Shown here: positions 27,760 to 38,697 of the stretch, piece after piece
How positions within the stretch are numbered: the stretch's first letter is position 1
How the letters are laid out: each line of letters opens with the position of its first letter
NCBI GenBank assembly: GCA_965644265.1
Contig: OZ286472.1
Coordinates: 54,808,001 to 54,872,000 of the forward strand
Reading direction: 5' to 3'
From: Glycera tridactyla
Taxonomy: Eukaryota
Length of the DNA: 64,000 nucleotides
The notes under the pieces: generated by a model
Seen by the model: only the letters and a program-made list of their open reading frames with translations
Told to the model about the DNA's origin: nothing
Database searches by the model: none
Translations under genes and position numbers: made by a program

Positions 27760-28452
27760 GTAAATCATTGCCACATTTCCCAGACAGGCAATACCTCTAG
27801 TGATATCAGAAATGACCACTTCTTCCCACACAAGGGCATGAGGCGGATCTCTGCTAACTCGGTGTGTTGGTATTCAACAATATGGTGAGATGTTGAGTTA
27901 CTATCAGCAAATGACAGGTTGGTGAATCTTCCCCCACCCTGATGTGACTGTTTGTAATCCAGTACATGCTCGCTGTATACCCGAGGGTGCCACATGATTT
28001 CATTAATGAACCCCGTCCAATCTTTGCAGTGGCTTTCTTCCTTATTGCCAAAAGTAACCCAATCTGATTGGGCCTCGTAGAGCACACACAAACACTGGGA
28101 ACAATCTAAGACTGGCCTCTTACAACACATAGCAGATGAACCCGCAACTCTCCCGATGGCAAATTCAAGGATGGATAGATGCGTGCCTGAACTAGCAATA
28201 ATATTTGAATCAATGACTCAAATGGAATGCGATGGTGAATATAATGATCTATCATCTTCATATGCATGAAAGGAATACACTCCCGGCTACAATCATGATT
28301 TCATGTCTGTTTTCAAAGAAAATAATTGTCAGCAGAGAAAGTAATGGACAATTTCACACTAGTACAGATATTCTTTGGTTTCCTTATTCATTCAATTCAT
28401 GGGAAAACCCAAATGATATCGAAAACTTAGCCAATGGCAATACTGAAATCAT

Positions 28453-28555
28453 TCAAGATTTCATTTTCATCCGATTAGACCATGCATAGTGAGCATATTG
28501 TCTCGGAAGAACAGGATATCCAGAAGCAGTTCTGGAGAATCCAGGAATGAGAGGG
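28453..28555 (-). CDS. mbl: Candidate phase-2 partner/terminal exon (PLIPGFSRTASGYPVLPRQYAHYAWSNRMKMKS*)
   Basis: Acceptor tttgactttatacttag|C; pyrimidine/TGCATG-rich upstream; VLPRQYAHY resembles VLPGQPSQYPHI of the 34.4-kb exon. Only a weak donor (TG|gtctaa, 28475-28480). Confidence 0.3.
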
Positions 28556-31164
28556 CTAAGTATAAAGTCAAACAGATGCCGAGTAGAAGTGGCTGAACGA
28601 AAGCCGGCACACAAACATCGAATGAAAGGATATACTGGCAGCATTCAATAAGTCCAGACACCACATACACCATGCAAAAGCAAGAGTGCACACATGGAAA
28701 ATGTGCAATGAGGAAAAATGTTCAAATCAGGCACATGCTAAATACATGCATACAACTGAGCGACAAAGACAAACACGCACAATCCGAGAATATCAATTCT
28801 TGGACAAATATGAAACAATGAGCATTCAATACCATCAAACTCACTCAGGAATAACAGCTTCCTGCCATCATCTTTGTGTACTATGATACAGGTGCCAGAC
28901 AGTGGTATGAAACTTCTGAAACTCTAAACTTTTGCCACCAGACTCAAGTCTCCCAATGCACAGGCCTCGGACAGGCATTATTTTGGTTTTGTGCTGATAG
29001 TCGTGAATATGCCATGTAGCTTCTCAACATCAGTTATTCTCTGATTAGGCTTGCATGAAATAACAACCATCCTATACTGGCACATTTGAGCACCCTACCA
29101 GGCATTCACTCTGATGGATGTTATTCGAAAAATGGAGTTGCAATATCTGAATGGCCAGTTACAAGATAACAATTAGCATATCCTTGCAGACAACCAATCA
29201 GGGCTTCTCTTACATGTGATGGACCACTGAAATTCATTGGCACAGAGTGACTGAGAGCATGTCCTGTTTTGGGTCAATACTGGCCAGTACTGGCTCGATA
29301 CTGGCTCAAATCACAGTATTGAGTAAGCCTGTTTTACAGTGGGGAAGGTCGAGCAGCATATCTGGTTGTAAAAAAACGTGACTAGAATAATCATGACTAG
29401 AATCCTAATTTTGCTCTAGTTTATAATGGAGTTTTGTTATCTGGGCGAACTTTCCACATGAAGTAAATTAACGGGGATTTTGAGAATTTCTACAATAGCT
29501 GGGACACATCTGGCTGGGTGGAGTGGGGCTAATTCTGGCCACATTTGTATGCTGATGGGGAAGCGGTGTCCCACGGCAACACACAACTGTGCTGATTTAA
29601 ACAACAAAGCTGGCCGCAACGAAACACTCCAAAGGGAACCACAAATTGATTCAACACTGAACACACCCTATCTCAGTGAGGAAATGTGAATTTTCTCAAT
29701 TTACTTTAATGATATGGGCTCCTACACCAGTCCAAATCATTGGCAGAACATTTGTAATCCCAGTTCTGGACAAATGATCTATTACCCAAATGTTTGGCTG
29801 TATTTGATAATCCACTTGCTCTTCTTGTTGAACACTTTAGATCACCATAAAGAACTTCATGCATTCTCTCTCTTTTTCTATTCACTTCATAGACTCATAT
29901 GAGCCTTAAGATTAATGTAATGGGGAATTGTTTTAGAGACGAAGAGCATATACTTGGTGATAATAGTGAGGGAGAAGGTAGGATCTAGCGATCCTACATT
30001 TGTGCTATAACCTACCACAATCAGGAGATACATGTTCAAGTGCGCCAACCTCGATATTGAATAAGTAAGGATGACATCTTCTACGACCGACTAATGGAGA
30101 AAGTTCACATTTCATTTTTTTGTGAATTGCAAATGCGCAAGTTGCTGGCTAGAAAATGCACCCATATCTTCCCAGCACACAGCCTTCATGAGGTGGTAAG
30201 TTTGACTAATTTATGCAGATTGTGGGACAGCCGACAAGGACAAAACATGGCTACCTGATACTGTTTGCATGTGCAGTCTGGTTTACCCCGACCACGTAGA
30301 CCGTTTCAGTCTATCTCGCTGCATCAAATATTGGAGAAGCTGACCCCAGTTGTTACATTTCAGGCGCACCCCTCTCTGAATGAAACAGGCCCAGAGTGGG
30401 TTTTTGCATCTCCAACCATCGGCAGAAATGGACTGGCTGTCTGGCCCAGTAATGGCCAGTCGTCATGTTCCCATCTACATGCGTATCACTCAACTGCAGG
30501 GCCACCACATGAATTCAAGTACATAAACATGCTAGCATGTCGACCCAGGGCAGCAAGCCTTTCTCATTCCCACTTTGAACCCGAGCATTCACCTCGTAAA
30601 AAACAGCTAGATGAAGCCCCTCTCTTTTCTCTGATATCCATGAAGACATTGATATTTCAGAGAACCAGAGCAACTGTGAGTACCTTACACAGTCACCCCA
30701 ATTCATGGCATACTTCAAGGTGAAGGATTATGCCCTACTAATTTGAATGACCTGAACTGAGTGAGGTCTGGAAGCATTCTCTCCCTGAGAGTACTTGCCA
30801 GTGATTTATCAACAGTGACTGGGCTAACAATCATCATAAAATCTGTCACTTCCTCGGAAACTCTACTTCTTAATAGCTCCATTGTTTGCCCGCCTTTAAA
30901 TAGCCTCCTAATACTACCATCAAGCTGGGAAGCACCATCTGCTGCTTGCCGCAGACACCAAGCAACCATGAAGGAAGGATTGCATGCAAGTGATTGCTTT
31001 TCAAATGTCTTCACTGATGAGCAGCAAATTCCCATGCCAAACTCTGTAGCTGAAGAGATGGGATGCCTCATGTGATGATTTTTTTCCTTGGACCAGAAAC
31101 TGCCTTTCAAGAGTTACCCGAATGCACTCATCACTGCTTTCAACAGCATCACATACTGTCAGTG

Positions 31165-31195
31165 ATGAGCAGGGTCAGTACTTGGATGGGTGACC
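31165..31195 (+). mobile_element. 5S rRNA-derived fragment (SINE3-like head remnant), not a full 5S gene
   Basis: gggtcagtacttggatgggtgacc resembles the 5S internal control region (GGTTAGTACTTGGATGGGAGACC); the rest of 5S is not recognisable. Confidence 0.45.
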
Positions 31196-32671
31196 AAATG
31201 AGAAAATTTGGAAAACTAGATCAGAACCAAATCACACTTAATATAACGTAGGACCTGAATAGTGGCTGCTGCCGAGAAGAGGAACTGAGTGGACCAGGTG
31301 CATCCCTCCAAAGCCTATAGAAACTCAGTGATGTGCTCTTTGTTTTTGGTGATGGACTTGAGCAATGCAGAAATGCAAATGTTGATTTCAAGTAAATTTC
31401 AGATCAGAGATCCAATAATCACCAACAAATGACATGAAAAAAATCAACATCATCAGGAACCAGCAATGAATGTGAGGTCATGACTCGACTAGTCTAACAT
31501 TATGTCTATCTGATAATCATTACCTGATAACCATTCACAATACTCCATTATTAGGATTACTTACTGAATATGGACGCAAAGAGTATCTGGTACAAGCCAT
31601 GTGATTGTGGAATACATTAGTCAATGGCAGATTCAACTACTTGAACAAATTTTAATCAGTACAAACAAGTGAAGGTCAGTCTGTTGCCAATTGTCTGCCT
31701 TTCAAAGCGATTTGAAAGTTATCAATAACCACACAAAAACTTTCTCGACCATTCTGTCAATTATATACAAGTACTTCATGTGAACATATCAGAACTTGTT
31801 CTCTGAGTCAGATTGTGTCCATGAACTTCAGTGGTGACATCGTGTGAGAGAAGCCCTGATTGAATGTTCTTGGAATCAGTTTGTGCTGATGAATTTCATT
31901 GGTCATCCTCATGTGAGAGAAACCCCGATAGGTTGTCTTCAAGGAGATGGTAATTGTCTTTCTGGAACAGGTCATTCAGGTGTGTTCACACCATTTCATA
32001 GCTTCAAGATATTGCTATACAACATCAAGCAGAGATGATGTCTGGATGGGTAAATAATCTCAAGACAGGAAAGGCTGGATGGTAGAAAGGTCATGCTGGA
32101 AGTATCTCTGGAAAATTCTTTCTGCAAAGTCAACCGAATACCCAAGTGTCATCGCAAATCACTGTTCCACGATGAGCATGATTCTGACCAAATACATATC
32201 ATGGGTCCAAACTCTGATATACAGCACATAAATTGCATCTGGACCATCAGTGAAATATACTTGCAAAATGAAGAACCTATTTTTCTTTCGGCTTGACAGC
32301 TTCAATTCGGTTAGAATCACTTCAATTTGGTTCATGGCCATACTATGAATTCCCTGTTGCAGTTCAGCAACAGAGATGGGTTGACACTGAGAGTGGGCTG
32401 CCGTGGATGAGATGGTGATAGATGTTCATATTTATGAGCATACTATCATGTGGTAAGTGCACTTTTATGCGAACAGATGACTTTCACAGCATTGGAAAAA
32501 TCTTTCCATAGTCGCTTGAATGCCCAACAGTAAATTGATTGTTGTGATTCAGTTTTACCCCATAATTTGATATCTGACTACTTGGCCAGACATCTGAACA
32601 CAATAAACTCAAAATCAACTTCTAGTCATGTGCTTTCTCTGACAGGAATCTGAAGCTTATCTGACTATAAG

Positions 32672-32727
32672 GTTTGTTTGTTTGAGGCTTAACGGCATGC
32701 ATCAACCCACAGGATTATGCATGCCGT
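32672..32727 (-). mobile_element. SINE 3'-end remnant: (AAAC)n tail plus 11-bp stem-loop
   Basis: gtttgtttgtttgaggcttaacg parallels 24561-24586; stem acggcatgcat/atgcatgccgt. Confidence 0.45.
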
Positions 32728-32782
32728 GTGTTCCTGGTTAATGAAAGCTAGATGGTCTCTCCCCTGCAGACATCACTCTCAC

Positions 32783-32787
32783 AAACC
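32783..32787 (-). CDS. mbl: Candidate 5-nt microexon B (GGTTT), duplicate of A
   Basis: Same 33-bp acceptor/exon/donor block as A (32777-32809). The ctaat branch motif is absent and a competing tttcag acceptor lies 23 nt upstream. Confidence 0.35.
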
Positions 32788-33335
32788 CTGAACACAAGAT
32801 GATGGGGAACCTGAAAGGATCCACATGTACTGAACAAAATTATACTCAATTGGCTTCTGTACCACCTACAATCGTGTAAAACTAAAACTTGTACACTCAC
32901 TTCAAAATCTAGGCAACTCTTGTAATCAAAATACAGGATAAACTTAGCCGCTAATAATCCCAGCCTCCACCACAGTAAACTTTCCAACTAGTTCACCCTG
33001 ACCATTAGTGTGTGATTCGAGAATTTGCGAACTGTCTATCCTTTCGAGTAAAAATCAATGAGCCTTCATGTCATTGCAGTAATGGCGTATTCAGGTGGTT
33101 TTCAGGTTGAGCCACCATGTTCAAGACCACTGTATGACTATTTGTTGAAATCCATGCCAAATATGACTACAGTCGCTCATGCATTGGTTCACTTCAACTA
33201 ATCATCACATGTGAAGACATGACTAATTCCCAACACGAGCTACTAGTCTAGGAGATTTTCAGGTGAGGTTATATGAATGAGCATTCCAACATAATAATTA
33301 ATATCATCATTATACAGCATTCCATACACATGCAA

Positions 33336-33339
33336 ACAC

Positions 33340-33402
<63 letters not shown>
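33336..33402. repeat. (CA)n microsatellite
   Basis: Direct reading. Confidence 0.98.
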
Positions 33403-33404
<2 letters not shown>

Positions 33405-34340
33405 GCTTAAATTCCAATTCACAAAGCCAAACAAAGCAGATGTCCCGAAGACAAAGCATTGATTAAGCTCAAGCCAACACCTCTACTCCGTCACCAACAA
33501 GTGATATGTATACGGCCCAAGAGCCATCATCGACTGTGTGAATGCGGTCTCATCAAAAAGGTTCATTCTTGCTAGATTGGATGAATTACTGCACAAGCAG
33601 AAATACAATCAGTAATACAATTGAAATATGATTGACTTGCCAAAACTCAAGATAATGTGTGGAAGAAATACCTCACATCCCTTCAATATTTCAAGAATGG
33701 AGGGTGTTTCTCTAAGATTAAGATTTTCGTATTATTTCTGTATCAAATATTGTTAGCCTGAAATGTCTCCTCCTTACATATGGTCACAAGTATTGCTGGG
33801 GTGTAAGTCAGTATAAGAAGACTTTTTTTCACAGGGTAATTTCAGCGGACGTTGGCTTATCTGGATAAGTTATATGTCTTTCATCTTTCACCTGCTATTC
33901 TTGCGGTTCGCAGCAGGAGAGAGACGTAAGACAGATAGCATGCCCAGCTAAGTAAATTCGGTCACATGGACATGGTTTTCGAGGAGGGACATCACTATGG
34001 TGGTGATCTTGTTGGAGCTGTATTTCCACTGTGCTGATTGTGTGCAGCAAGATAGAGAACGTTCTTGATATGACCTTGGATCACAGGGTCGCACAGTCTG
34101 TGTGAACTACATTCAAACCTACACTTGAGTCTGATAAGCGGTGAGGAGGTGGTGAAGCCAAAGCCAATGGGAGTGAGATGAGGATTCAAGCAGGATAGAG
34201 ATAAGCAAAAAACAAGCGTAAGACATGAAAGCAACACCTAGTGGTGGATGGGAGAATTAAAGTGACATCTATTGGAAGCTGGGCCATTAAAGCGACATCT
34301 AGTAGAAGCTGAGAAGATGAGAAGTGTTGTGTGCACTAAC

Positions 34341-34437
34341 CACAATGTGCGGGTATTGCGATGGCTGTCCGGGGAGCACAGCGCCGGCGCCTGGCGGCGG
34401 TGCGGCCGATGGAGGTGGATAGGTGACATTTTTTCCA
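34341..34437 (-). CDS. mbl: Candidate 97-nt Pro/Ala/Gly-rich cassette exon, phase 2 to 0 (105 nt in frame if the upstream GAG acceptor at 34446-34448 is used)
   Basis: accag|T GGA AAA AAT…CAC ATT GTG|gttagt; encodes GKNVTYPPPSAAPPPGAGAVLPGQPSQYPHIV. GC-rich island in an AT-rich intron. Confidence 0.55.
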
Positions 34438-34870
34438 CTGGTCGTCTCACACGCCCACAAGCACCAAACAAAGACAACAACGGTTATTGCATCGGCCACA
34501 GGCACGCACGGCAAAAGGCGCAGCGGGCAAAAATGCCATGCGAGCAAATCACCTAGCGGCAGTGGGCGGGGCGAACATTGTCTTACTAAGCGCCATCTAA
34601 CGAAGAATGCCTTGCACTAGCACGCCATCTTCTGGCATATTTTGCCACCATCATTTCGGCTTTCATGCAGTGTTTGCCAATTGGTCTGAAAATTACTCAA
34701 AAAAAGCCAAATTTTCATATATCGCTCACTAATTTCAATTCATTTGACGTATTGAAGATGCAAACAATGCTCCATGTATGTATCCATACATACACATAGT
34801 AATGGTGTATTCCATTTCAACCTTTCCAGAATTCATAAAAACAGGCCTATTTCATGATAATTCTATCTCA

Positions 34871-34957
34871 TTGTTTTGTTGTCATCGTCATCGTTGTCAT
34901 CATCACTTTTGTCGTTGTCGTTGTTGTTGTCATCATCAAAATTGTGACAATGATGAC
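34871..34957. repeat. Imperfect (GTT/CAT/CGT) trinucleotide tract
   Basis: Direct reading. Confidence 0.8.
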
Positions 34958-37900
34958 GTAAATTCCAGTATGACATATTTCCTTCATCTTTTAGCTGATT
35001 GTTTCACACAATGAGAAAGGTTGAAAAAGGACACATCAATCTGAAAACACCGAATTAGTTGAGTGGATGGTGACAAATAGTCCCATCTTGTGGCAACATT
35101 ATACGGGCTGTGTGGCGCAACACAGACCAAGGCCATGCTAGCAATGCTCCCTGCAGGGTAAAAAAGATTCAACGCACCCCAAATATACACATGCAAATTC
35201 AACAAACCAACAGTAGTACTCTGATAGACAAAATACAGTGATATCCAAGAAAAACTCACATCAGTAAACCACTTGCAATCAAAAAAAGTACTGCATATAT
35301 CCCTCAATGATTTGAATCATGATATGCATCCATGGTCAGGGTTGGTCCCTACGTCATGACAATTTTCAAAACAAAATTTTGATAGCAGGAGCCTGCACTA
35401 AGTAGGGAAGGCATTGAACATGAAACTACTTGGTGAAAGCACCAAGTTGTCATGAATTGGGATCAATATTCGAAACCTTTCAACCTTGTTAACAACTAAA
35501 CCACTCCATAGCCAGTAGATCTTTCAAAATATTGCTGATGCTTTTGAAACAGGAATGAAGGCCAAATATTAGAATGCGCTCAAAGAGGTCAATTTTGATG
35601 CACAATTATTCATCCTCAGATAAGAGGCAGAATAAAATTGTCAAATAACAACCCTGAGAAGAAAAAGTGAGTGGAAATGGGAGGTTTGAATCAATATCAA
35701 TTAATATAATGCAAATAGACCATATTGAATGAGAACTTCAAATGCACCATTATGGACACTCGGCGTTCCACTTGTCGGTGCTTGCTATATTTTTGCTCGA
35801 CCCTGAGTTCAAACATATTCAGAGCAGAATGGATAGTGAAATGAGAGTGAGTTGATTTCTGGTCAAATATTTACCGTTTCAATACGACTTCATCAAATGA
35901 TAGTAAAACTACTCGGCAGCCATGAAACGGGGAATTTCTATACAGTCATTCTCCGGGAGAGTTTCATATTGATTATATTGTAAATACAAGTGGAATGTAT
36001 AGATTTGTACATCCATGTGGTTTAATCTATCAACTTGGTCAACATTGCTTAGCCCTATACAATCAGAGCAGTCTCACCTCATTATCACATCACAATTGAA
36101 ATTCCTTGAAAATGCCATATTCTGAGAGATGAAAATTTCAACAAACACGATTTTAAGATTAATCATGTGAGTCAGCTAAGATATATTAAAAATATCATTG
36201 TCAATGAGTAAGTTCATTAAGTCCAAATTGTCTGAAGAAGACTTGTCGTGGGAATCATATTGAAATGCTATTCAATTTGGCTCTGGTGACCCGGGAAAAC
36301 GTCATGCTGGCCCGAATCTTAATTCGTCTTGTTCAGAAGAAGGAAGGGTGAAAGCGACATGCGAGACGGATGGCGGGTGCCAGCGAAGGTCTGCTCAATA
36401 TACATTTGTTCAATTGAATCAGGTAATGACATCAATTGAAATAAAAAGATTTGAGCTGGTTTGCCATGTGAGCACTTTCACACATTAAATGTAAACCTTT
36501 CCGATGCCTGTCCATTAAAAAATGTCCCGAGGTAATGCTTCCTTCAATGCCCGGACTTCAATGACTAGACTTCAACTAATTAAGCATCCAGTCAAAAAAC
36601 GGACAGGTTGGTTCAGATTTGAGTTATTTTCTAAATGAACTTCTTTACTACCATCATCAAAGCCCTGCCATGATATCTTTTTTTTGTGAAATTCCCCTGT
36701 AGTATATCGTGATATTCTCAAGAACAAATCTCCGGATGTTCAAAAACCACAACTTTTTTATTGCCATCATCAAAGTCCTGCCATGATATTGTTTTTACGA
36801 AATTTAATCGTGAGGGTAATTCTAATATTTTTCAAATCACTCCACAGATCTAGAGAGGTAGTTACAAGAACTATCCATTCTTATCCAAACAGCGTTACAA
36901 ATGTATTCTTAAGAAATTAACCGAAAAACTCAAGATATGATAGCCATAGGGAGTGATGAGAAATGTGAGCAATCAAATACAACATGGGCGACCATGAAAT
37001 CATACAAGGTTCGTTGCACAAAAAGATTGAGATGAACTTCCATTCTTTTGAACTAACATCCACAATTATGCAAATGAGCTGAGGTTGATTTCATGATACT
37101 CTCAAATATCCTAAAAAATACTTCACTCAGAACTCTCTGTTGAAAATGACCAACTACTGAATCTAAATTTGTCAATGAATTGACAGAATCCGGGAAACAT
37201 CTGGGAAATCGGTATCACTGCACACTTATATCCAAGACAATGTAATGCCATATCAGAGTACTGTGGCTTTTGCTGAGATGCATGCATATAAATGGGGCAC
37301 ATTATAAACAGCCTATCTCATTCTCAACATTGCAAACATTCTCACAAGAAGCAGAGCTTGACAATTACCATGTTCACGATCAATTTCAGACCACTAGTGT
37401 AGACCAGGAACTGACATGAACATGGCAGTTTGCAATCTCCGTATAACAAGCATATATTCCATTTGATACCATTTCATCAAAATAAGCATATAATATTTTA
37501 TAAGCGAATAACATTTTATATAAGCATATATCATTTCATGAACAAAGCATTATAAAGACATTCAACCCTTTCACAATCAAATGATCAGAAATTTTCAAAA
37601 ATTGTGTATATTTCAAACGAGTTCCATGCGATTTGAACAAAGATAGCACCTGAGAAACTTTACAAAAATCAACTCTACTTATCCTCAATACTTGGCTTGT
37701 CCTGAGGAGTTGAATACTAGACAAGAACAGATTTGATGGTAGGAAATATCCCAGGAAAAAGAGTGAGTGTGAAAGGGTCAATGAAAGCATAACATACTTT
37801 GAATATATGGAAAAGCACAGACAATTGTTGCAATGCAAGTTAAGATAATTGAAAATGCAACAGAATAATCCAAAAACATAGACTCCAAATATATATTTTT

Positions 37901-38406
37901 CCAATAAAATAGCTTCCAGGCATTCCCATTCTGTGTGGAGATGAATTACTTCCTATGAGTCTATTCAGCTGGAGCACATGAAAATATGAGAGAAAATAAA
38001 ATGCACCATCTAAATATCAATTGATTACATGTACATTTAATTCTGCTAATATTAAGAGGCTGCAAAAGATGCTGTAATAAAGCAGAGTGATTCATAACAG
38101 AGCTGACAATAGATATACCATAGTCGCACACCTTCACAATTAAGTAGGCTCAGGTGCAGATACACAAATTAATACGGCAATGCAGACAGCACTTAATAAA
38201 GACAGCATTAATAGTGTAATAGTGAGCGCACTGTAATCCATCAAATATTAATACTCATGTCATTTTAATATTAAGAAACTTCAATATCTGTACATCACCA
38301 TGGGAACTGACTGTTGGCCTTCACATGCTGCTGAGGATCAGTCAGTAAAATTTGTCCCTCATCACTGTCATAGTGCATGTAACAGATACTGTGGATATTA
38401 TCAATG

Positions 38407-38460
38407 TTTTTATTATCATTATTATTACTACTATTATTATTATTGTTATTATCATCAATA
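38407..38460. repeat. (TAT)n imperfect microsatellite
   Basis: Direct reading. Confidence 0.9.
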
Positions 38461-38538
38461 TTTTTTTTGACAGCGCATCTACACTTTGAAAGGATGCATT
38501 CCTTTCAAATCATGGCTATACCTCCCCATGTGAGACCG

Positions 38539-38697
38539 NNNNNNNNNNNNNNNNNNNNNNNNNNNNNNNNNNNNNNNNNNNNNNNNNNNNNNNNNNNNNN
38601 NNNNNNNNNNNNNNNNNNNNNNNNNNNNNNNNNNNNNNNNNNNNNNNNNNNNNNNNNNNNNNNNNNNNNNNNNNNNNNNNNNNNNNNNNNNNNNNNN
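38539..38697. other. Assembly gap (N)
   Basis: Run of N. Confidence 1.

Noticed and set aside
30265-31110. Overlapping 104-152 aa ORFs
   Set aside because: No recognisable domain or motif; probably an old TE remnant or chance ORFs.
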